A stretch of 64,000 bases of DNA from Ginglymostoma cirratum (taxonomy: Eukaryota). The stretch is taken from the NCBI GenBank assembly GCA_024137785.1, contig JAHRHZ010000140.1, forward strand, positions 26,536,303 through 26,600,302. Direction: 5' to 3'. Below are positions 28,430 through 42,589 of the stretch, piece after piece (the stretch's first letter is position 1; each line of letters opens with the position of its first letter). Position numbers and translations under genes: made by a program. The notes below the pieces were generated by a model that did not search any database, had not been told where the DNA came from, and was given only the letters and a program-made list of their open reading frames with translations.

Positions 28430-29010
28430 AATAAAACATATGGACCCTAGACTCTTAAATACAAAAGCCAGAATGTTAAGCTATATTTAAATGAAACTTA
28501 GATTCCCTCCCAGCTAGAATATTGTGGCCTATTCAAAACACTCTTCTTCAGCAAAAACATAAAGGCTGTGGCAGGAGTACACAGCAATTTACAAGAATAC
28601 TTCCAGGGATGAGGAATCATAATTACCTGGATAAACTTGACAACTAAGGGTTATTCTCCTTAGAGCAAAACATGTTAATTTGATTGACATGTTTAAGAGA
28701 GTAAACAGTGGAAAGAGTGAACAAAATGAGAAACTGTTTCCAATGGCTTAAGTATCAATAACCAGAGAGCACAGAATTAAACCAATTGGCAAAAGAACCA
28801 TAAGCAACATGAGGAAACATTTTATGCAATACATGGTTAAGATTTGATATTCATTGTCTGATTACCACCAGTCAACAGTAACCTTCAAAAGGGAATTGAT
28901 AAACTACTTGATGGAGGAAAATCTGCAGTAATATGATGAAAGTAGAAGGCATGCAGCTAACTAATTATTCTTCAAAAGAGCTATTCAGTACTCTATCCTG
29001 TAGTATTCCA
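28430..29010 (+). mobile_element. Old CR1-type LINE 3' fragment
   Basis: Degenerate YKS...CAGCTAGAATATTG...CCAGGGATGAGG...TTCTCCTTAGAGCA motifs. Confidence 0.6.
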
Positions 29011-30422
29011 TACTTCCATAGATATTTGACATAATTATGATTGATTTGAAGTTTTTTTTTAGTTAAAAGCATTTGCTTTCATTTCTATTGCTCACTTAGG
29101 ATTCTTTTCTTGACAAATCATGCTGATGGTTTTTGATTAGGATCGAAAATAATTTCACACACACTCCAAGTGAAAATTTAAGACTGGAACTTGCTGATGC
29201 TAGACATTGAACATTTAACAATATCCTATCAAATTGCTATTCTTTCTAATTATACAGAGGAGACAACCAGCAATGTTCTCCTACTTTTAGTTATATAACT
29301 CACTGACCAGGCAGGCATCAACTCAGTTAAAGGGCTAGATTGTCATCAGATGGGAATAGGTTTGGGTTTTACTGCGCTGATTTCAAATTTACAATGCCTT
29401 GCAGATCACATGCTGTCTATGGCCTTTGGGTAGATCAGAAAGGCCTTGAGTGTGACTGTGCACACAAATCATCTGAGGTTATCCCTGAAGAAAATTTGAA
29501 TTCTCTACACCCCTTTGTTCCTTCATGTGTTGGTTTTGGAAGCCCAAAAAAAATGTGCTGCATTTGAGGTATGGAGGAAGACACTAGAGGAAGCCTGCTA
29601 ACATGTCAGGAACATTATGACAGATAAGAGTCAGAATACTTTAACAAACTTCAGATGCCACTATTAGGGGGTAAACTATAATTAAATTTCAAAGCAACAA
29701 TTCATCACAGGGCTTCGTTTGAAAAGATAAGTTTGCTGTTATATTGAACAGCATTCTTTTTGTAGTAAAGTCATTCAAGTGTATTTTCTACTGGGCATTG
29801 AACTAGGTATTTCAAGCAGTGTGAAAATGGAACAAGTGTATTTATGTATTCAAAACTGAAGAAAATAGCACGTTGAGTCCATGGCATGATAATCTGAATG
29901 GATTTCTTAAACTGAAGGATAAAACTTTCAGCAATGTTCACTTAGAGAAAATAAAAGCAGCCTAAACGAGATTGACTGACAAGATATTGGGTATAGCTTA
30001 AAAACACTATCTGGCTTTCAGTTTCAATATAGTCAACTGGTCATGTCACATAAAGGGTTAATGTGAATGTTAATGAGACAGTCAACATCATTATGAGAAG
30101 TGATGTAAGATCATATGGATACATTGCTAGAGGAAGATTGTTCTCTCTACAAGCCTCAAGTGAAGTTTTGTTCTCTAAATAGATATGTTGAATAAAAGGT
30201 GATGTTTACCAACAAACTAAGTTCCCTGCAATCTCTGTCAACCCAACTCCCATATATTTTCAAAGTAAAACAATATAATAACAAATTTTACATTTCTTGG
30301 TGATGATTCTGACAGCTGAGCCCATTATGAATGCTCTGTTGAGTTCTAAATTTCAATTATTCATATATCTCAGCAATGCCTAAAGTTCATTTGGCAGCTG
30401 TATGAGGTTAATAAATTACCTG

Positions 30423-30570
30423 ACAACACGGTGTGGAGCTGGAGCAACAGAGCAAGCCAGGCAGCATCAGAGGAGCTAGAAAGTTGATGTTTCAGGTCAG
30501 GACCCTTCTTTAGAACTTCTCCACACTGTGTTGTCTCTAACTCCAGAATCTGTAGTTCTTGCTATCTTTA
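30423..30570. mobile_element. Older subfamily B element with a mostly deleted second arm
   Basis: ACAACACGGTGTGGAG...GCAGCATCAGAGGAG...TTTCAGGTCAGGACCCTTCTTTAG, then CTCCACACTGTGTTGT and the tail. Confidence 0.65.
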
Positions 30571-32034
30571 CTAAATCATCTGCCATCTTTGATATTGTAA
30601 ATGAATATGTTGCTTTGCAACAGATTGATCACTTGAGCAGCTTTATTGTTTTTGAATGTTGCTTATGAATAAACTTTATTTTTCAGTGCATTTGAATGAC
30701 AATTTTATTAAACTTTTGGAAACTTTTCATGTCCATTTCAATAACAGCCTGATGTCTACACATAGTGGAACATTGGTGTGGCAGATACATAGTGGATATG
30801 AAGGGGCATAAAGAGTTTCAGGGAAGTCAGGTGAGGATAGAGATAGGTAGGTAGTGAGAGGTCATATTTATACTAGGTAGACTGCTGCTTCCAACAACCA
30901 AGTGGGTCTTCTAACCAGGATACCTTTGCACCCACACTGGATCACAGCTTGCAAAACCCAAAACCATTCCTGTTCACATTTCTCAACAGAGAAATGCACA
31001 GCATTTATTTCAACTTGAACATGGAGCTCAATATTTAATACCCTTTGGTTGGGATTGAAAGTCACAAGAAAATGTAACATTTCAATAGGTGAGCATTAAA
31101 CTGCAGAATGAAGTGATTTTCGCAGGGTCATTTGGCAGATGAGGTTTGCTAGGAAATGGTGCATTTATAGCATTTTGCTGAATACAAAGTAAGACATTTC
31201 AAATTGGAATGGTTTCCATACCATATCAATAATATATAGCATGTTTGTTTCTCCAGCAGGTAGAATGAGCAAATGTATCTAGTAAAAACTTGTTTTATTT
31301 CCATTGTGTATCTAATCAGATGAAAGAACTCATTGTGTAAGGAATATTGGGCTGCAGGTTGAACAATGTCATATTTGGCTTCCAAGGGAGGAGAGGATTG
31401 ACTGTAAATGTGGGACTTTGCAATAGACACAAAACAAAGTATCCAGAACATGCTCAAATCTGAACAGTTATGAGAAATAACAAGTCTATTGATCTTATAC
31501 ATGTTACATATTTGCAGTGAAAGCAAGTGAGGTACATATTTAACACACAATCAGCTGCATATTTTCTGTGTTGATAACTTTAGCGCTTAGATGGATAGAA
31601 TTCGGACAACATCATAGATCTGTTAACTCCACAAGCTGCAATATCTAATAGAGAGAAAATCAAGCACAAAGTGTTTACATTACAATGTCTACATCCAAAG
31701 TCTGTCCTAGTTACTCAAGTTCACCTTCTTTAAACATTTCTCAAGTTCTAGAAGTTTAACAGTTACTGAATATTTTATGACACAGCGAAGTTTATATTAT
31801 CATCATAACATAATAAATTGGGTGTGAATAATGTAGTATTGAAAAATTCAATAAATGTTTGTTATAGCTAGCTATTACATCCAAACTTTGCATTCACAGG
31901 AACATTAGTGCCTGGGCTAGCAGTAAGCTTTCAGATTGCAAAGAACAGCACATTTCCAGGAGCTTATCATGATTCAGGTGATGCCTAGTGTAGGATAGAG
32001 TGTGAGATATTTATACTTTGATCACATGAAATTA

Positions 32035-32674
32035 TGATGATATTGTGGCTTTAAGAGGGTTATTTTGTCCTTTTTTTGAAGAGGGGTTTAAGGCAGAGGT
32101 GACGAGCAGTTTACCAAAGCCACTAGAATAAACAACTTGTGAGGCCTTGGTGTTTTTTTTTAAAAGTTAGAACAATAGAAGCAGCCTGAATGGGTGTGGT
32201 CAAGCTTGCACAGAACCAGGATTTTTAGTTTTAGCTTTCAGCTGTTCTTGTTGGGGGTCTTGAAGTGGAAGCTATTTTTCCCCTCTCTCAGTCATAGCCA
32301 AATATGGGAGGGGGGTGGGGGTGTTCTCTTCCTGCTACTAGAGTTGCATACAAGACAATCTATTTTCTGAATTTGCCTTTCACCAAGAGTATGTTTATGG
32401 GATGTTATTATATTGGAACAGTTAATTAGTAATAGTTACTGAAACTATTATTCTGTTAAGTTTTCTGATAGAGTTGTTATTTCATTTCCTTCTTTCTTTT
32501 CTTGTATTTTAACTTCAGTGGATGGATAAAGTGTGTTTTGACTTAAATCTGGTAGTTTGACCAATCAAATTTCATCTGGAACACAAAGCCGTACATTTAC
32601 CTTTAAAATAATAAAATGTTAGGGTCTAGACTATCTTCTGAATATTTTGAGGAGCTTGGTCTGGTACATAATAC
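32035..32674. mobile_element. Probable solo LTR
   Basis: ~640 bp non-coding block starting TG and ending GGTCTGGTACATAATA (degenerate ...CA), with polyA-like signals. No clear TSD. Confidence 0.4.
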
Positions 32675-33212
32675 TATGATGCAGTAATGATATGGTGAGC
32701 ATGTCTCTTAAATATATACAGACATACTGACTGTGTGGTAGAGCACACAGTTGATATAAATAAATCAGCCCACTTAATGTAGATAGAATTGTAGAAAGTG
32801 ATTCAAAAAAATTTAATAATGCTGAGAAATCATTTGAGGAAAGGGTTTACAATAACACTGTTCTCCAAAAGTTTTCATGGAAAAGGGAGATCACATCTGA
32901 AAGGAACATGAAAAGCTATGGTTTCACAGTACCCCATGCCATGATTTCACTCAAAGCGTTATAAAAATCTGAACAATGTTATAATTCTGTTGAACATTGT
33001 GAAGTTATTTAATACCTCAATTTAACATAAAAAAGCCTTAAATTACTAAATGTTACAAACTGCTAAATTTAACAGAAGTTATAGGTTCATGATGTATCAA
33101 TGCTTTACGGTATGGCTCTGAACCTTACAAAACATGAAGGCTCCCTATTTAATCCTAGTCTCTGTTCAGTTAGCCTATCGCCACCTTTATTTATATTGTA
33201 TAGAGTATCAGC

Positions 33213-33850
33213 CATTGCTTACTGAGTAGCGCTCATGCCTCTGATTTGCATGGTTCCAGGATCAAGTCCCACTCCAAGGCCTAAGAACCAAAATCAAGGC
33301 TAATACTCTACTACATGGGGTGCGGTCCTTCAGATGAGATACAAAACAAAGGCCCCATCCCCCTGCTTTGATGAATATAAAAGATCCCACAGTACTATTG
33401 TGAAGAGAGTAGAGGTCTATCATCAGCATCAAACACAATAACAAAGTTGCTGGAAAAGCTCAGCAGGTCTGGCAGCATCTGTGAAGGAGAAAACAGAGTT
33501 AACTTTTCGGGTCCAGTGAAAGGAAGGGTCCCCAGGCCAGAAACGTTAACTCTGTTTTTTCCCTCCACAGATGCCGCCAGACCTGCTGAGCTTTTCCAGC
33601 AACTTTGTTGTTGTCCCTGATTTACAGCATCCGCAGTTCTTTTGGTTTCTAACATCAGCATGTTGGTCAGTAGCTACTCTGAAATCATTATCATAAAATT
33701 CAGAACATTATAAAATTGCTTTTAGTGGGAGTTTTCAGTGCATCTAATTGTATGTTCGCTGCATTATAGGAACGACTGCACTTCAAAAGTACTTCATTGT
33801 CTGTAAAGCACTTTGAGATGTCCAGTTATTGTGCAAATATATGCTTTATA
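33213..33850 (+). mobile_element. Deu-domain SINE (SacSINE1/AmnSINE1-like) with L2-like tail
   Basis: tRNA-like head (GGATCAAGTCCC), Deu-like CTTCAGATGAGAT...AAAGATCCCAC...GAAGAG, tail ACTTCAAAAGTACTTCATTG...GTAAAGCACTTTGAGATGTCC. Confidence 0.7.
33430..33647. mobile_element. Subfamily A palindromic element nested in a Deu-SINE
   Basis: Inverted arms with a central deletion removing both CTGA motifs, tail CTGATTTACAGCATCCGCAGTTC. TSD TCTATCATCAGCAT (33416-33429) / TCTAACATCAGCAT (33648-33661). Confidence 0.82.
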
Positions 33851-36711
33851 ATATAAATAAGGTATAACTCCAAACCTGCTAAGTTGTTTTTGTTAGTTTA
33901 GTAACGATTGCAACTCCATAATAAACAATTCATGCAAGAACATTTATATTTGAAATGAGCTGTATCTACTCTAATCTGAGTAATAAAGATGAAGGAAATA
34001 TATAAATGCAGGATTTACTCGAAAAGGTGCTATGTCCTTTATTTTCATGTCAATTGGAATGCAGATGTATGAACACATCAAGCTCACCTTGTGTTAGGTC
34101 TTGGGCTTAACTTAAAACATCAGCAGGTTCACTAATTGGTGATGAGGGATGAATTTGACCGCTTTCCTCATGTGTGCTCTGGTGACACTGGATATACAAT
34201 TTCTACTCATGGTCTACACAAAAGGTATCTTGCGTGTCTTGGATACTGCCTCCATGAAAGTTGCAGTCCATTTGTGGTCCTTGAAGCCCTCTTATGTCTT
34301 ACTTTAGGCATTTGTTCAGTAGATTGTCCATGCTGCCTCCTTTTCAAGAGGTAATAGCTGCCTTTCAGTGGTATTGTAATTGCCTGATTATCACACTGAC
34401 CCCAAAACCCCACCAGAAAGGTATGCAGCAAATGTACAATGTAGGAGGCATTAGCTGTATGTATGAGTTAACATTAACAGACAACACGTATATTGCAGCA
34501 TATCTGTGGCAATATTAACTGGCATTCTTTTGCTACACTCGTTAGGTGCCAATTTTCCAAACACAATCCAATTACTAAACTATTAACTTCGGATGTGAAG
34601 AATGAAATGATAATAGGTTTTATATTTTGTCTGTAGTCATCAGTTTGCAATGAGCCAAAATGTTTAATTTCAACTGTCTTATTCCTAGATCTGCACTTCA
34701 AAAAGTGATGCATTGCTGAGTTACCAGGGATTTTTTCAGCTTGGATTGTGTTGCATCAAACTACACTAGCGATGATTGTAAAGATAATATGATATGATGG
34801 TAGACATGATGTTAAGCAAATGAAAGGATAGCCAAAACAATAGACTTGAATTAAAATGGATCCAAAGCGCACCAAATTGATGCTAAGAGTAAAAATGATC
34901 CAAGATCCATTAAGTCTTAAGAAACAAGCTAATTAAATAGAATATGGTAATGGACGCTGTCACAAAGTGAGGAACGTGTACCTTAATGACCATTTATCAT
35001 TAATTGAAATATAGCGAGCAATGACATATAATAATTGTCAGGTAATAAAGAAACTATTCGGAATGCAGTCTATGCCATTAGGTTTTTAAAGACTTGGGTG
35101 AAATGATTTTTACATTAATATACAGTAAAAGTAATAATGAATTGATTCATATTAATGCCAGTATTTAAAGTAAATTAATTGTTAAATTGGATTGTAAAGG
35201 CACGGCATTAAAGAGACAGACCCTTATTTAGTATTACTTCCCTCACCTTAATTACTGAGGTCGCAATATAGTTTATTTCAATTATAAATCTTCTTAAAAG
35301 AACTGTGCATTCACAGTGTTGCAATCAGTATAACAACTAACAAAAGTAGCTTAGTGGGTTTGGAATTATACTTAACCCCAAAAAGATACTAACAGCCATC
35401 AGTTCCACAGTATGTAATATTTTCAGATTGGCTTCATTAATCTGTTACTTTGAGCTATTTAAGCAATTTTAATATGTAAACAATGTTCGATCCTTTTACC
35501 TTTCATTAGCGATTAACAAATGAGCATTAGAACAAGCAAAAGTGACAAATAGCACTCATTATGTGGTTGTACAATACTCCAGTGAATGGTAATTATGTTT
35601 TATAGACCAGGCAAGTTTAGAATAACTAGACTATTACATCATTGTGAATGTCTATGGATTTTACTTGAGACAAACACCGTTTATCTATATTTGGCTTATG
35701 AAGCATTTAATGTAATTTATACATGGTGAATTAACAGAAATTCTTCTGTATTACTATATATCCAGTAAAATTCTGACCTAATACATTAAGCTCAATGGAA
35801 AAACATAAAATTGTTTTTAATAACAGGACAGCACCCAGTCATTCAGTATGTTGATGTAATAATGCAATGTGCCATAGGGAATAAAGGCATTTTGCTTTAT
35901 GAAACAGCAGTTGATTTCAAACACATGGTTGCCTCTCTATTGACTGGATACAGAAATATCAATTGTCTGACTTTACTCCAATGTCAGTGGACATTTTTTG
36001 TGGCTTTTGCAAACTTCTACCAGCTTTGCCTGCTTGATTTCTGACTGGCATCTGATGTATAATGGTGAGAAATATGAATAGGCCGCAAATGAAGATAAAC
36101 TGGTTTTAGTATTGCTCTCTAAAACCCATGGGGAGGTATAAAATCAGTTCTCTCCATAATTTCCGGCTCCGCTCCAATTCATTGTTTAGAAATAAATACT
36201 ACATGAAGGTGAGAACTAATAATTAGAAGAACATTTTTTCCCTGCGGACTGTAACAGAATTTTAGCAGCAATAGCTAGGATTAAACAATGCAATCCTCAA
36301 AACAAAAGGAGTTCAGCCAACACCCTGGTGTGAAAAGGAATTGATCTCGACCGAATTTACTGAATGACGACTTGCACACTGTTTCTGAACTGCTGAGGGA
36401 TGGCTGAAATGCAGGGAGGGTGGGGGTAATTCTGGACAGCAGTGGAGCATGGTTGAAAGATGAAGCAATGAGATGACGTTCTGGAGCATTGATAGAAACA
36501 CGTGGGAAATCATGGAGCAATTAATAAAGACTGTCCTGCAGAGGGTCAAATTGATGTTCAAAGTCTATAGAGAGAGTTGGCTGGACAAAACAAAGCCTCT
36601 GGTTTCTTTCAATTACTTTACTTTTGCCAAATTTTCTTTTCTTTGTCTTTTGAGCTGGTATTGTTCCGGCAGGTGCCATGCATTCTGTGTATTTGAGTGA
36701 CATGCTTCTGT

Positions 36712-36833
36712 CAGTCATTGGCAGTCGCTCGCAGATGGGGATGACTCTCTTCCATTCCCAGGGTGAGTCCAAAGGTGGCTGTACAGACCAATACGGCTAC
36801 CACAGGCTCTGTTACACTTGGGGCAGAAGGTGG
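36712..36833 (-). mobile_element. RTE-type LINE 3' end fragment
   Basis: GGCAGTCGCTCG...GATGACTCTCTTCCA...GTGGCTGTACAGACCAATACG resembles reverse RTE 3' ends recalled from elasmobranch sequence. Confidence 0.4.
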
Positions 36834-38192
36834 CCTACAACATTTATGACCATCAACTCATCCTAAAGCCAGACACATGCACTTTCCAATGTTTTGGTCT
36901 AGATAATGTCATTAGGAAGTGGCCTGCCTACATATCCCAGATATTTTTAATCAATCTGTTTAGATATGTTATGACACATCTCTGGGAACAGGCGGCACTT
37001 AAACCCAGATGCAGGCTCATTACCATTGTGTCATAAATCCCTTTGCATAATTTTTTTAGCCTGATGTTGCAGACATTAATTCATAGTGCTTCAAATACTA
37101 ACCTAGTTATGTCCAGCTAATTAAGCATGGGTTGGCAATTACCCCTTTACTCTGATCTCTATGGCTCAGTCACAAATTATTGCTATCACCTGTTTTAGTT
37201 CCTTCTTGTGCTTTAACTGACAAAAAATACATCCTGACCCACTCTAATTTACCTCCTTTGGGACATTTCCAGTTCCTGAATGAGCTTTTTATCATCACTT
37301 GATCGTTAAATAGTTTGTGGTGAAGGAAACCCTTGAAGTGGGAGGTGGAGGGGAAGGAGGTAACTAGAATATAGGAGATTATTGGAAGCAATAGCTACCA
37401 AACTCCTTACTTACATTCTGAACTTCATTTATCACTGAAGATACAGTTCATTAGTCTTGACTGGGGTTATCCAGGCAGGAAACTTGAACCAGATCAGCAT
37501 CTCATATTACTGAAATGTGCTTTTTTGACAAATGCATAGAATTAGATTATCCTTCTTATTGAGGAGAATAATATGGATAGAAACAAAATATACAGAAAAT
37601 TATTAATAAGAAGAATTAATATAATTACTAGTACACTTTGAAAATTAACATGCGGGTACTGTTTATTTCTATTATTGAGCCAAAAGGTAAATTTCCATCT
37701 TCACTGTACTAGCAAAGACCTTTGCTCATGTTCTCAATATAGGTTTCCAACTAGAATCAAATTGAGCGCAGTGCATCTGAATGAATGGCAAGCGCTGCTG
37801 CAGGGTGGGGCTCCCTGCCAGGAGTAGGACATTATTAAAATCCAGTGAATGCACAGTGAGTAAATTCAGGTGAAGTTTCCAACTCAGCACAAAATGTGTG
37901 ATTGCAGAATTTAAAAAATCATTATATTTCAATCATTGATCCAGAATATTCGACAAAGAATATTTGCAATATTCAATTTAGTACTATTTCATTGGTTAAT
38001 GAACACTGGAAGTTCTACAAGTTGTGTGTTTCAAAATCATAACAAACAGTATATCTTGGTTATTATTAGACTAATAATAGGCAGCTGATATGAACACCAA
38101 CTGGATATTTTTTCAGCAGATAAAATAACTTTGCATGTCAAAATTATTCAACTCACATCCTTAACAAATAAGACAGTTCTTGAAAAATATCA

Positions 38193-38348
<156 letters not shown>

Positions 38349-38444
38349 TTAAACCCCAGTTTCAGGTTAATGAGATTTACAGTTGTAATACTTGCCGAAA
38401 GAGGCCCAGTTTCACAACAGTGAGCTGGGCCATTTTTCAGGCCT

Positions 38445-38720
38445 TTTTGTTATTCACTTGTGGGATGTGGGCATCACTGGCTACATCAGCAGTTATTGTC
38501 CATCCCTAATTTCCCTGGAGACGGTAATGGTATGTTGCCTTTTTGAACTGCTGCTGTCCTTGGGGTTTAATGGCATCTCCATTTCATTGAGGGACATAAT
38601 TCCAGGATTTTGACTCAGTGATTATAAAGGAACCGTCATACGGTTCCAAGTCAGGGTGATTTCTGGTTTCAAGGGGAAGTTGTAGGAGGTGACATTCCCA
38701 TGTATCCGTTTCCTTAGCAG
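38445..38720 (-). mobile_element. Non-LTR 3' end family (TTATTCA..GGGATGTGGGCATC.CTGGC); related copies at ~16395, ~20604, ~62897
   Basis: Same ~60-nt start seen at four loci in the window. Confidence 0.6.
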
Positions 38721-39344
38721 CTGCCTAAAACAGGTATTATGTACTTATATGTGTAAATGATGAGTCTAATATCTATGGTAGGCATCCAGAGAGTTTGGAA
38801 TTGACATTAATTTCGAGCTGGTTTTAGGCATACTGGTTGGGGCCTATGCCATACATGGGTCCTAAAATCAACTCATGTGAATTTCTAACCCAATTATCCA
38901 TTCTAGGCAGATTTGGAAAAAATTAGAAAATGAAAGAATACACACATACACTCATTAGAGAAAGAATGGAAGTGTGTTTACACAGTCTTAGAGCTGGTAC
39001 ATGGAAAACTGAAATCTGAAGTATTATCAGACAGCTAATACAAGTATATACAAAAGATAAACAAATATGTAAACAGTCAAGGAAAGGATAATATGCCAGT
39101 GTGCAATAAAAGCATGGCAAGTCGAAGTAAACTTCTGACAAGGGGCAAGAAATCATTGTTACAATGTCTTTAAAGACTAATTAACTTGAAAAAGTATTTG
39201 AACGTCAAGTGATTGACTGGCAGGATTGTACAATTTTAAGCTTTAAGACTTATATTATAACAAACAAGCAAAAAGCAGGATTGTCTAAACACATTTCAAT
39301 AGACAATTTATCCTCTAAACTACAGATTTTACCTTTTAAACATT

Positions 39345-39440
39345 TCAATCAACCTGTTCAGAGATGTTATTGTTCAACTCTGAAGCAGGTTGGACTAGAA
39401 CCCAGAGGTATAGACACTATCACTGCACCAGAAGAGCTCT
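39345..39440 (-). mobile_element. Short (~100 bp) tRNA-like SINE; related copies at ~26645-26745, ~36948-37040, ~62395-62486
   Basis: Minus-strand A box TGGTGCAGTG and B box GGTTC(A/T)AGTCC; shared end AACAGGTTGA in the copies. Confidence 0.65.
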
Positions 39441-40959
39441 CAGAATTTATTTTTTATAATGTCCAAAAATCCCTCACCCAGATATACTTTATTTTGTCCC
39501 CAGGTACAAGTTCAAACGTTTTTGCCCATTTTCCAGCTGGATAACCTCCAATTGATTTTGATGATGAGAGTTACTCTGGGGATTCATTTCTTTACCCAAA
39601 GCTAGGGGAATCTTCCAGCCTCAGTTAAATACTTTTGAATTTGATCTCTTCAATCCCAGCATGAACATCCACCTGCATTCTATGTGATAAACAACAGACA
39701 CTGCTGTCTCTAACTCTGATTCTTGCAGACTGACCTGTTTGTCAGGTTCAGCAATATCCCTGCAAGCATTATTCAAATGACTTGAACAGATTTTTCCCCT
39801 CTCAAAGCCCATCCCAAAGCAATGTGAATCATACGAACTATTCTTTCAAGTGTGAAATGCTTTCATCTGTTCTTTGGAACTACATTGATCTTGGAATTAA
39901 ATAGACAGTTTAAATACAGTGATTCATAAAATCTGACATGCCTAACACCTTCCTGTGAACCTGCTGCTCTGTTCTACCAACATTAAACATGCTGACAGTG
40001 CAAGTATTTTTGTGCTTCAACAGCCATCTAAGGGCGAACCCAAGTCTCTAATGACTCCTGTTGTCTCCCTTTGGACCAAAGCACATTACAGAACACCAGA
40101 GTGTCATTTCTCAGACTCAGATCTCTGCAAGGTGTATAAATAGTGCTGTTTCAGTATACGAATTACTTGAGTCTTCTCCCAACATTCACAACTCATTTTT
40201 AAATAAATGCTTCATATTACAGAACTTAACTATTGCTAAAAGGAGAGTTAAGAAGTTAAAGCTTTTTGTCACACTCATCAGAACTAATTTGCAAATAACA
40301 GATTGGAAACAAAGACACCATTTTGTACAGCGTGAGAAGAGGGTGTTGATTAACTGAGCTATAATAGGCATGGCGATGCGGCAAAAACTGTTAACCATCA
40401 ATCAATTCTCAGAAGAGGCAGGTGGATCTGATTGGTCAGAGTGTTACCATAGGGATTCAACAGTGTTTTCACAACCCCTCTGTTTGAAAGGAACGCAATG
40501 TACATACAGATTTCTTTGGTCTACGTAAAACAGACTGCTGAGTATTAATGTATGCAGCTGCTGGCACATACAAATGCATCAATCTACGGACCCAGATTGC
40601 AATCTTAAGTTGATTTCTGATGTAACATAGTCTGGATTTTGAGTGAATAATTTCCAAATGCACAATCACATTTAATGGTGGATAGACTTATCTGGGCTTG
40701 AAAGCATGGGCTGGTTGTACATGAGCAGCTTTGGCTGAATTGTATAAATTTCTTCCAGCCTTTGACTTAATGTATGTTGCTATATTGCCTTTATAGACAA
40801 CCATACCATAAACAACACCTGATTGACACATTCTCTCGTGATAAACTTACTTAAACAGAAACAGTTTGGTTGCACGAGTGATGCTCAATAGCAGTGATGT
40901 GTACCTTCCACAAAATTCTACAACCGTTCAGGAAGGCAGGTCACCACCACCTTATTAAA

Positions 40960-42560
40960 CAACTTTGCTACCTTGAGGATCTCAGGACATTCACTCCAAT
41001 GTCCCTCATATCTTGTATACCTCAGTATCTCTTATTTTTGTGAATTCTTTTGCCTTGTTTGACCTCCATGGCTTCCCCAAATACAAAATCTCACAGTTCT
41101 CTAGGTTGAACTCCATCAGACACTAAACTGCCCACTTGACCAGACCTTTGAATTTTCTGTGGTACATAACTATTCTTATCAATAACAACATGCAGCCTAT
41201 TTATGTTCCATCTACAAACCCTTACATATGACTCCCACATTTACATCCAAATTTTTAATATATACATCAAAAAAGAAGGTAGTACTGAGATCTGCAGAAC
41301 CCCACTGAAAATAGCCTTCCAGTTGACAAACACCATTAACAATAATCTTTGTTTCCCCATATCGAGACTATTTTGCACCTAGCTTGCCACATTCCCCTAG
41401 TCCCCATGGAGTTTTATTATTTTCAACCAGTCTACTGTGGGGGCCTTGTCAAAGGCCTTGCTAAAATTCACATATACGACATCAACTGCAATACACACAT
41501 CAATCCTCTTTGTTCCTTTCTCAAAAATTTCAATCAAGTTAGCCAAACATTGATCTTCCCTTAATAAATCTATGCTGTCATTGATTGTCCATACATTTCT
41601 ACATGATAGCTTACCCTGCCTTTCAGAATTGATTTGCATAATTAGCGCATTACTAAAGTTATACTGACTGCAATTATTTGGGCTCCTTTTTCAAGTAAAG
41701 GTACAACATTAGCAGTCCCAAAGCACTACATCTGTATCCACTGAGGACTGAAAAGTAATGTTCAAGTCTTCTGTTATTTCTTCTCTGGATTCTTCTATCA
41801 GTCTGGAATACATTTCATTTGGCCCCAGTGATTACCAATGTTCAAGGATGCTAATGCTAATAATACTTCTTCTTTCCCAATACTCGTCACATTCAATACT
41901 TCATGCTCCTCCTCCTGAACTATAATGTTTGTATTGACCTTTTTTTATAAGACAGCCAAAAACCGTTTGAGAACCATACCAATACTTTGCATCTCTGCAC
42001 ATAGTTTATGTTTTTGGTCTTTTGTGGGCCTCTCTCTTTCCATAGCTATCCTCTTAATGTATTGATAAAACAATTTTGGGTTCACCATGATTTTGGTCAA
42101 CAACATTCTTCCATTCCCTCTTTTCATTTTGATAATTTTATCTTGATTTTACCCCTCCACGTTTGATACTCTTCCCAGCGTTCTGCAGTTTTGAGTACTC
42201 CGCTGAATGTAAACTTTCCTATCCCGTGTTATTTTACCCTATAAACTCATTGAAATTCAGCAGCTCTTAGATTCAGCCATCAGATTCTATCTCTTCATGG
42301 GAACATATTTACTCCGAAGCCCTTGAATCTCCCTTTTGAATGTCTCCTATTCTGACAATGATTTACCTTTAAGTAGCTCTTTCCATTTCACTTTCGTTAA
42401 ATTACTCCTTAGCTGAGAAAACTTGGCTTTGCCCCAGATTAGAATTTTAATCCTGTGCTATTTTTGTTCTTTTCCATATTTATGTGAAAATTAATTGAAT
42501 TGTGATCACCACCACTAAAATATTCTCCCATGTTTTCTATTTGCCAAGCTCATTACCACT
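40960..42560 (-). mobile_element. CR1-type LINE ORF2 fragment
   Basis: CLANLIEIFE...VDVVYVNFSKAFDK and NPKLFYQYIK motifs. Confidence 0.82.
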
Positions 42561-42589
42561 GATTCTATTCCATGGAGGTGACAAATAGC

